DNA from: Elainellaceae cyanobacterium
Lineage (GTDB): Bacteria > Cyanobacteriota > Cyanobacteriia > CAZCXK01
Direction of reading: 5' to 3'
NCBI GenBank assembly: GCA_051117555.1
Contig: JBNPEG010000066.1
Location: forward strand, 1-58,371
DNA length: 58,371 nucleotides
Each line of letters opens with the position of its first letter. Within the stretch, counting starts at the first letter, position 1. Shown in pieces: positions 51,429 to 58,371 of the stretch. Made by a program: the position numbers and the translations under genes. The notes under the pieces were generated by a model. It did not search any database. It was not told the DNA's origin and was given only the letters and a program-made list of their open reading frames with translations.

Positions 51429-52784
51429 CTAGCGATTGCTAGAATTTCGCATTTGCCAAGCCAAATCTAGAATCCGAACCCAATTTTTTTGCATTTGTTT
51501 CTGTGTCCACTTGAGAGTTTTACTAATCTCGCGATCGCTCAAATGTGCTGCATGTTTATTGCGTGCTTGAGCTTGCTTCAGTTCAAGCAGATGCCGTTGC
51601 TGAGGGCTGAGTTGGTCCAAAAACTCTTCCCACTGCTGCTGAGGCATACCCAAATTCTGGTCTAAGTCAGCGCCAAGCCATTGATGCACAAGCTGCCAAT
51701 TGTGCTGCCGAGCAAATTTTTCGACGTGATACTTAAACCGCTGTTGTAAATAATCGCGTTGGCGAGGGGTTAAGCCTAGAATTTCATCGATTTCGGGGGC
51801 AGATAAGTCTTGCAGTTTAAGGGTTAAATAATCGATACAATCTGACTGACTTTGAGATTCGAGATAGGCGATTAGTTCTGCCACGACGCGATCGCGCAAT
51901 ACTGAATCCGAGGGGTCAATCACATCGGCAACCATCTGCTCTCTGACCTGTTGGGCAAGCGGCGAACGATGCTGGATCTCGGCATCTTCACTTTTCGCTG
52001 ACTCGATTGCGGTTTCGATATCTAAGGATGTCTCGATGGGTTGGCGCTGAGCAAACCCCTGGGCTCGCAGTACGATTAACTGTTGGTTGCGTCGCCCGGG
52101 TAGAGAAATCCGACGCTTGGCATAATGCTCGGCAAACGCCATGTATTCAGCAAGTTCGAGGCGTGTCCGGGGGCTATAGTCAGGGACTAACTTATTTTCT
52201 CGTCGGAACGCATTGAGAACTTCGATATAAAATCCTTGCAGAAAATCTTCAATTAGACTGTATCGTCCCTGGAATCCGAGATGAGCCTGTCTTGCTGCAA
52301 TGTGACGATACACCATTGCACTTAAGGTACTGTGCAGCTCGACTCGCCCTCGTCGTGAACCGAGAGTGTGGTAAGACAGACACTTTTGTAGCCGATGCTG
52401 AGCGAGTGTAATTTGCCAGGATCGAATCTCTCCAGAATTCTGGATGCGATCGCTCTTTCGGCAGATTCGTTCAACCTCAGTCGCAATGCGCTGAGATACC
52501 GTATCGACGCTCCTAGATGGATGAGATATTGCCTGTCTAAATTCACCCCGAATGAATTCAACTAAGCCGTCTTGATTAGGGATAGACGCGTCATCGAAGT
52601 TCTGATCAGTTGGGTCAGTTGCATTCGGTGGATTGTCGCTGATTTGGGTGTTATCCGATTGATCAGAGGGTGTAGACGAATTAGAGGATGAATGGGTGTT
52701 CGATGAATTTTGATTAGACGATGCTGAAAAACCGTTTCCATTCTGGCTGCAAGAGCAGGCAGAGTTAAAATATTCTGCGCTCAT
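51429..52784 (-). CDS. HetZ / HetZ-related protein
   Basis: RIATEVERIC; LGSRRGRVELHSTLSA; LIEDFLQ; ELAEYMAF; RQRDYLQQRFKYH. Start is 52784 or 52811. Confidence 0.82.
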   Translation of the reverse strand: MSAEYFNSACSCSQNGNGFSASSNQNSSNTHSSSNSSTPSDQSDNTQISDNPPNATDPTDQNFDDASIPNQDGLVEFIRGEFRQAISHPSRSVDTVSQRIATEVERICRKSDRIQNSGEIRSWQITLAQHRLQKCLSYHTLGSRRGRVELHSTLSAMVYRHIAARQAHLGFQGRYSLIEDFLQGFYIEVLNAFRRENKLVPDYSPRTRLELAEYMAFAEHYAKRRISLPGRRNQQLIVLRAQGFAQRQPIETSLDIETAIESAKSEDAEIQHRSPLAQQVREQMVADVIDPSDSVLRDRVVAELIAYLESQSQSDCIDYLTLKLQDLSAPEIDEILGLTPRQRDYLQQRFKYHVEKFARQHNWQLVHQWLGADLDQNLGMPQQQWEEFLDQLSPQQRHLLELKQAQARNKHAAHLSDREISKTLKWTQKQMQKNWVRILDLAWQMRNSSNR

Positions 52785-53116
52785 AATATTTCCCTGGGTG
52801 ATGCACGACACAGCGATACAGAGAACCTAAAGATTCCCGATTCTTCAACCACGCCGTTTTGACTGATTACATTTCGAATGTATGCGGCAGACGGACCCTT
52901 AGGGGAAAAGAATGTGTCACTCTTGCAAGCAACTTCCTGAGCATCCTCAGAAGGCTGGTTTGGCGTTGGGGCGATCGCTCTCATGAGAGACGCCGATTCC
53001 TTGTAACATCAGTGCTCAACGGATTTTCCCCGTGCAAGCAACCAGACACGTCAATAGCGATGTCTCTGAGCATAGATTAGGACAATCACTTAACTGGATT
53101 GCTGCGGGGGTGCCTC

Positions 53117-53764
53117 CTAATACACAGCTTCAGCGCCTAGTGCAGAGGCACTTTCCCATCCTAAACCTTTACGGACAATCTGAGGCTGTTCATTCGTTAA
53201 ATCAATAATCGTCGAGACTTCCTGCCCCATAGGCTGATCGTCATCCAGCACAATATCGACTAACTGGTCGAATTGGTCGAACAATTCTGCCTGGGAAACG
53301 CGAGTATCAGCGGGTGTAAATGGAGTCGTGGCTGATGTTGAAATGACAGGATTTCCTAAGGCCGTCAGTAGGGCCTTACACAAGGGGGTATCTGGAACTC
53401 GAATACCCGTCGTTTTGCGCTTAGGGTTCATAACAAGACGTGGCACCAGCTTTGTCGCGGGCAGCAAAAAGGTGTAGGGGCCTGGAATCAAACGCCGAAT
53501 GATCCGATATGCCGGATCGCTGACTCGTGCATATTCCGAAATATTGGATAGCGAAGAACATAAAAATGTCAGAGGTTTGTCGCTTGAAAGTTGTTTGATG
53601 TGCCGCACTCGTTCTACTGCCGATTTCACATGAAGGTCGCATCCAATCGCATAGACCGTGTCTGTGGGATATAACATCACTGCCCCATTTCGCAGTGCAT
53701 CCCTAATTTTCTCTATTCGATGAGTTTGGGGTGTATCCGGATGGATTTTATACCGGGTAGCCAT
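53117..53764 (-). CDS. Second YrdC/Sua5-family protein (YciO-like)
   Basis: YKIHPDTPQ; YPTDTVYAIGC; PGPYTFLL; KRKTTGIRVP; ISTSA. Confidence 0.88.
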   Translation of the reverse strand: MATRYKIHPDTPQTHRIEKIRDALRNGAVMLYPTDTVYAIGCDLHVKSAVERVRHIKQLSSDKPLTFLCSSLSNISEYARVSDPAYRIIRRLIPGPYTFLLPATKLVPRLVMNPKRKTTGIRVPDTPLCKALLTALGNPVISTSATTPFTPADTRVSQAELFDQFDQLVDIVLDDDQPMGQEVSTIIDLTNEQPQIVRKGLGWESASALGAEAVY

Positions 53765-53920
53765 ACGGAACCTCCTTTAGATCGAATGGACTGGCCAATC
53801 GTGATTGATAATAAATACGGTACGAGGATGGACAATATCCGCTAGATCCAAGGTAACGATTTAAAACTAAGGCAATCTAAAACCAAAGCAATTTAGCGAT
53901 AAGAATGAAAATTTAACTCG

Positions 53921-54014
53921 TATAGCCGTACGCTCTCGCGTTAGGACGCTGAACGTGTGGTGAACTCTCGCGCCGCGCGGCTTCACCACACAAACCTGAG
54001 CCCATAGGGCTATA
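53921..54014 (+). mobile_element. MITE-like hairpin element, family A, copy 4
   Basis: TATAGCCGTACGCTCTCGCGTTAGG...CCTGAGCCCATAGGGCTATA. Confidence 0.82.
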
Positions 54015-54056
54015 TCTCCAGTCTGCGCTGTGGTTGGAATTTAGCGACAAAGAATT

Positions 54057-55571
54057 ATGAAAACGTTAGCGTATTTAGACTGCCAGGCAGGAATTGCAGG
54101 CGATATGTGCCTGGGGGCGCTAGTTGATGCAGGCGTTCCGATTGATTATTTATCTGAACACCTTGAGCAGTTAGGAATTTCAAATGAATATAGTCTGAAG
54201 GTTGAACGAGTTCATCGCAACGGGCAAATTGCGACCCAGGTTCATGTTGAGCTAGCTGACCAGACGGGGGCTCGTTCGGAGATTCGTCAGAGTCATCCTA
54301 CCCATTCTCAACCTACGCGCAACTCTTCCACGCACTCGGCGTCGAAAGACCAGAATGATGTGCATAGTCATGCTGATCATCTAAACAGGCATCATTCCGA
54401 AACTCATGATTCAACAACTCATGATTCAACAACTCATGATTCAACAACTCGTCATTTGCCTGAAATCGAACATCTCATTCAATCGGCTCATCTTCCTCCT
54501 AGAGCTGAGGCGTGGAGCCTAGCCGTATTTCGTCGGCTTGCTGAAGCGGAGGGATCTGTGCATGGACTGTCTCCCAGTGACGTTCATTTTCATGAGGTCG
54601 GGGCAACAGATGCCATTGTTGACATCGTAGGAACATGTTTGGGGTTTGATTGGTTAGATATTGATCATCTATATTGTTCTGCGTTTCCGACGGGCGGAGG
54701 GACTGTCAGGGCTGCTCATGGTCGATTGCCCGTTCCTGTTCCTGCCGTTCTCAAGCTTTGGGAGCTGCGACAGGTGCCAATTTATAGTAATGGTATTGAG
54801 CGAGAATTGGTCACTCCCACGGGGGCCGCGATCGCCACAACCTTAGCCATAGCCTTTGGCAGTCCGCCAGCGATGCGGCTGAATCGAGTTGGTTTGGGTG
54901 CAGGCTCTCGACAGCTACCTATTCCTAATCTGCTTCGACTCTGGATTGGAGACGAAGAGTTGCCTAGGGATCAATCGGCACATGCATCGAGCGCACAGGA
55001 TGCTGAGGGCAACCATTCGGAGCCGTGGAGTTCATCGCATCCCGAGCGATCGCCCGACGCAAATGAGGTCGATTTCAATTCACCGACAGACATATCACAT
55101 CGTAGCCTGCTGGAAACGGTGTCTGTTCTTCAGACCCAAATCGACGATCTCAATCCGCAAGCGATTGGATATACATTTGATCGCTTGTTTGAGGCAGGCG
55201 CACTGGATGTCTTTACACAGGCCATTGGGATGAAAAAATCGCGACCCGGCGTCTTGCTAACGGTAATTTGCAAACCTGAGGCGATCGCCCGGTGCGAGGA
55301 CATTCTGTTCCGTGAAACCACTACTCTAGGCATCCGCCATTGTCAGCAAGAGAGGACTGCTTTATATCGAGACATTGAAACGGTGAATACTCCCCACGGA
55401 TCAATCCGCATCAAGGTCGCCCGTTTTACCAACGAGGGGAATCCTGTCAATGTCCAGCCAGAATATGAGGATTGCGCCCATTTAGCTCGACACCTTCAAC
55501 TGCCGTGGCGTGAGGTTCATCAAATGGCAATTGACTGCTGGCATGCCCAGAACAAGCCGACGGTTAACTAA
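54057..55571 (+). CDS. larC: Nickel pincer cofactor biosynthesis protein LarC
   Basis: [55 protein letters not shown]. Confidence 0.93.
   Translation: MKTLAYLDCQAGIAGDMCLGALVDAGVPIDYLSEHLEQLGISNEYSLKVERVHRNGQIATQVHVELADQTGARSEIRQSHPTHSQPTRNSSTHSASKDQNDVHSHADHLNRHHSETHDSTTHDSTTHDSTTRHLPEIEHLIQSAHLPPRAEAWSLAVFRRLAEAEGSVHGLSPSDVHFHEVGATDAIVDIVGTCLGFDWLDIDHLYCSAFPTGGGTVRAAHGRLPVPVPAVLKLWELRQVPIYSNGIERELVTPTGAAIATTLAIAFGSPPAMRLNRVGLGAGSRQLPIPNLLRLWIGDEELPRDQSAHASSAQDAEGNHSEPWSSSHPERSPDANEVDFNSPTDISHRSLLETVSVLQTQIDDLNPQAIGYTFDRLFEAGALDVFTQAIGMKKSRPGVLLTVICKPEAIARCEDILFRETTTLGIRHCQQERTALYRDIETVNTPHGSIRIKVARFTNEGNPVNVQPEYEDCAHLARHLQLPWREVHQMAIDCWHAQNKPTVN
54402..54450 (+). repeat. In-frame 15-bp tandem repeat x3 (ACTCATGATTCAACA, encoding THDST)
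   Basis: Read directly within the His-rich insert of larC. Confidence 0.95.
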
Positions 55572-55599
55572 AAAATAGTCAAAATTAAAATAGTCAAAA

Positions 55600-56052
55600 T
55601 TAGCGAAAAAGAGGTAAGCGAGAAGGCTGCCTAACCTGTTTGGACAGTCTCAGTTCAGTTCCTTTTTCATTCCATTGAACTTCGTCAAAGACTTGGTGAA
55701 GAATGTACAGTCCTCGGCCACATTCCTCTACATCCTGAATATCCTTGGTATGGCAATTAGCCTCATACGAATAGGAAGGCGCAAACCCCGAGCCTTGATC
55801 AGAAATAATCCACCAATAGTGGCCTTCAACAATGAAAAACTGGACAAGTACCTTTTTATTGGGGTCGAGTTTGTTGCCGTGTTTTGCAGCATTGACCAGA
55901 GCTTCTTGGAGTCCGAGACGGATCTCTCCTCTGCATTGACTCGGAATCTCCGTCAGAAGCAGGTCTAAAATCGGACAGAGATGAAGCGTGGAGGCAAAGC
56001 TAATTGTGCCCCATTTGCGACCCGATAGCGGACGCGTTGCAATGGCAATCAC
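55600..56052 (-). CDS. pmgA: PmgA-like anti-sigma/HATPase protein
   Basis: SFASTLHLCPILDLLL; LGLQEALVNAAKHGN; DQGSGF; GRG; QVFD.V.WN. Confidence 0.85.
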   Translation of the reverse strand: MIAIATRPLSGRKWGTISFASTLHLCPILDLLLTEIPSQCRGEIRLGLQEALVNAAKHGNKLDPNKKVLVQFFIVEGHYWWIISDQGSGFAPSYSYEANCHTKDIQDVEECGRGLYILHQVFDEVQWNEKGTELRLSKQVRQPSRLPLFR

Positions 56053-56346
56053 GCAAAGACCCTCTCAGTTCTCAATTGATTGGATAATGGCGAATCGCTG
56101 ATTTACCTCAAAGAACTCCTATAAACAGCTAATCCCCGCGTATGGTCAATCCTGTATAAGCAGGTTCATAACCACTCGGGGACTAGGTTCATGCTAAAGA
56201 ATCCTTAACTATACAGAGATAATTGAATGAGGGCAGCAATATCGCTCATCTTCATGCTATCACAACTCTACTTTAGACCTAAGTCCACGCAGGTATCTGC
56301 TATACCTTCGGATAGATGACACACAACTCATCATTCTAGCCTTTGA

Positions 56347-57012
56347 CTACGCGGGTTTAAGATGCGCTTTTGCTTCTTGGGCAACTTGAGGAAGGGGGTC
56401 ATTCGCCAGTTTGGTTAGGGCTGATTGCACCGCGTCACTTTCAAATTTTCCGAGGGCCTGCACCAATCTGTAGCGCACCTGCCAATCGTCATCATCCACA
56501 TAGTCAAGAAGCACTGAAACTGCTCGCTGATCGCCTAATTCACCGAGCGAACCGATGGCTGCGGTTTTGACCAACTCGATGTCGGAGTGGAGCGCTTCTT
56601 GCAGTAAATCAAATCCTCTTACATCGCCGAGTTCTCCAAGAGCCGCGATGATGCTGAATTGAACTAGCCATTCGTTTGTATTGTGATAAAGATGCTGTAG
56701 ATCGTCGTAGGCTTCCGTAAGATGGAGAGCACCGATGGAATCTGCAGCCGCAGCTCGAACGTCTGCTTCTGAGTCAGTTCGCAGGCGATCGCGCAGGATT
56801 TTAAGCGACGTCTCCCTATCTTGATGCCCCACGTTGGCGAGATGACTGACGGCTGAATATCGAACGCGAGGATTGGGATCGGCGACTGCTTTTTTTACCA
56901 GGTCGTAGGCGATCGCTGGGGCAAGATAGCGCATCTGGTTAACGGCACTCAGCCGCTGTCCAAAATCGTCTGAATCTAAAAGCTCTTTAACCGATTCTGG
57001 TGTGACATTCAT
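56347..57012 (-). CDS. nblB: HEAT-repeat phycobilisome degradation protein NblB
   Basis: MNVTPESVKELL.S.D.G.RL.AVNQ; EWLVQFSIIAALGELGD; DWQVRYRL. Confidence 0.82.
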   Translation of the reverse strand: MNVTPESVKELLDSDDFGQRLSAVNQMRYLAPAIAYDLVKKAVADPNPRVRYSAVSHLANVGHQDRETSLKILRDRLRTDSEADVRAAAADSIGALHLTEAYDDLQHLYHNTNEWLVQFSIIAALGELGDVRGFDLLQEALHSDIELVKTAAIGSLGELGDQRAVSVLLDYVDDDDWQVRYRLVQALGKFESDAVQSALTKLANDPLPQVAQEAKAHLKPA

Positions 57013-57207
57013 GATTCTTATCTCACTGGTTTAATCGCCCGCAGGCGTTGCGCATCTGCCTGATTCATTACCCTTGGTGCGCTGATTTGACATGGTTTAG
57101 AGAGTGCAGAATAAGATACGCACGAGCGCTTTAGACGGGACGTAGTATTGAATTTGCTCAAAAATTTATCATTTATCCAGGTCCAATTCGCTGGATTCAG
57201 AGACGCG

Positions 57208-57669
57208 TCATTGCCTAGATGCCATAAATCTCACAATGTCGCCACGGGTTAGAATACCGACGAGTTTGGTTTCGGCATTGACCACCAAGAGCCGTTGAAT
57301 TTTGCGCTCATGCATCATCTGAGCAGCCTCTCTGAGCGGCTTGTCGGGTTTCACGGTGATAAATTCTTTGGTCATGACTTCTCCGACCGTTTGCCCCAGC
57401 GCTTTGTGCAATTCTCGATCGTAGGTATTTGGGTTTTCGAGATAAATGACGCTGTCGAGCAACATGATGTAAGCAGGCGGTCTAACGCCCGTTTCTTGCC
57501 ACATCAGGTCAGTTTCGGAAATCACCCCGACCAGTTTGCCGTCTGAGTTGACGACGGGTAAGCCGCTGACACGTTTTTCGGCAATGAGCTGAATGGCTTC
57601 TCTGAGAGGGGTTTCGGGGTTGACCACGACGGGGTCAGGCGTCATGACATCAGCAATAGTTGGGGTCAT
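57208..57669 (-). CDS. CBS-domain protein
   Basis: Tandem CBS pair; LLDSVIYLENP; HKALGQTVGEVMT. Confidence 0.92.
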   Translation of the reverse strand: MTPTIADVMTPDPVVVNPETPLREAIQLIAEKRVSGLPVVNSDGKLVGVISETDLMWQETGVRPPAYIMLLDSVIYLENPNTYDRELHKALGQTVGEVMTKEFITVKPDKPLREAAQMMHERKIQRLLVVNAETKLVGILTRGDIVRFMASRQ

Positions 57670-57747
57670 GGGTTATCGACAAAGTTTTAGAGTCCTTCAG
57701 CTATTGTAGGGAATTGCGGGGATCAACCGCTCTGGTTTCACAGCTTG

Positions 57748-58371
57748 TTACATGTCCTTACAGTACGCGTCGAGTAAGGTGATACAGTTGGCGATCGCCC
57801 CTAGATGAGCGATTTCATAGCCATGAGTATTTTGGGTTGGGAATCCTAAACAGGCAGCTCGCCCAACGTGACCATTTTTCATCGCGATTGAACCATCGCT
57901 GCCAAAGCCGCTGATTGCAGCGAGTTGCAGCGGAATCTCGTGTTGAGCGGAGACGTGGCGCAACTCTTGATTTAATCCCTCGTCGTACAAACCATAGCCA
58001 TCTTGAGAAAGTAAAACAGGGACAGCACCCTCTTCAATGGGATACTCTGTCGACACCGGACAAATTTCAAGGGCAATCAATGCATTGAGCTGCTGACGCT
58101 GAGTAAAATAAAGCGCACCCACTGCGCCCACTTCTTCTTTAGAGGAGGCAACGAGATAGGTGTCAACAGCCGGATTGGTCAATGTTTCAGCCAGATTTAA
58201 GAGAATAGCAACGGACGCTTTATTGTCTAGGGTGTAGCTTGCAATATAGTCATTGAGACGGAAGGGACGTTTGCGATGTTGACCCACGACGACTCGCGTT
58301 CCAGGTCTGATCCCGGCAGATGCAAGCGCGTCGCCTGTGCATTTGGTTTCTACCCAGGCATCTTCCCATCG
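57748..58371 (-). CDS. M42-family metallopeptidase (5' part outside the window)
   Basis: The frame is open to the window edge; LDNK, KEEVG, GSDG and NTHGYE motifs. Confidence 0.85.
   Translation of the reverse strand, partial: RWEDAWVETKCTGDALASAGIRPGTRVVVGQHRKRPFRLNDYIASYTLDNKASVAILLNLAETLTNPAVDTYLVASSKEEVGAVGALYFTQRQQLNALIALEICPVSTEYPIEEGAVPVLLSQDGYGLYDEGLNQELRHVSAQHEIPLQLAAISGFGSDGSIAMKNGHVGRAACLGFPTQNTHGYEIAHLGAIANCITLLDAYCKDM

Larger units (their letters stand above)
3159..57798. repeat. HIP1 octamer GCGATCGC dispersed through the window
   Basis: About 75 copies by manual count (e.g. 3159, 3601, 10791, 21061, 48221, 48242, 57791); a cyanobacterial hallmark. Confidence 0.95.

Noticed and set aside
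52812..53116. HetR binding site upstream of the hetZ-like gene
   Set aside because: No GGG-N5-CCC inverted repeat found by eye.
33154..53764. Two YrdC-family genes as a recent duplication
   Set aside because: They are divergent TsaC-like and YciO-like paralogues that commonly co-occur.
14556..54014. Family A repeats as a CRISPR array
   Set aside because: The copies are kilobases apart and in both orientations, with no repeat-spacer periodicity and no cas genes.
54057..55571. Programmed frameshift in larC (larC1/larC2 split)
   Set aside because: The ORF is continuous and contains both halves.

Overview
This is core chromosomal DNA from a cyanobacterium, probably filamentous and Leptolyngbya-like (lineage is inference). 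HIP1 (GCGATCGC) occurs about 75 times by eye count. Main loci, in order: pstSCAB with a Pho box; the phycocyanin locus (cpcBACDEF, a CpcS/CpcV-type lyase, cpcG); rimM; glgP; rpmI-rplT; ycf37; pcyA; dxr; an RTX/Calx-beta protein divergent from a PAS-PAS-GGDEF-EAL gene; sufR with ftrC-sufBCDS and two perfect SufR boxes; recQ; an orphan nurA; chlP; a hetZ-like gene; larC; pmgA; nblB; and a truncated M42 peptidase. I saw no tRNA, rRNA, CRISPR array, transposase or prophage, and no clear-cut new multi-gene system. The most striking unexplained structure is a set of ~90-bp non-coding hairpin elements ending in TATAGC...GCTATA: four copies of one family and two of a second. They share a GC-rich central tip, and one abuts REP-like doublets. 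Other leads are hetZ without patU, nurA without herA, and an unknown repeat-containing protein inside the phycobilisome locus.
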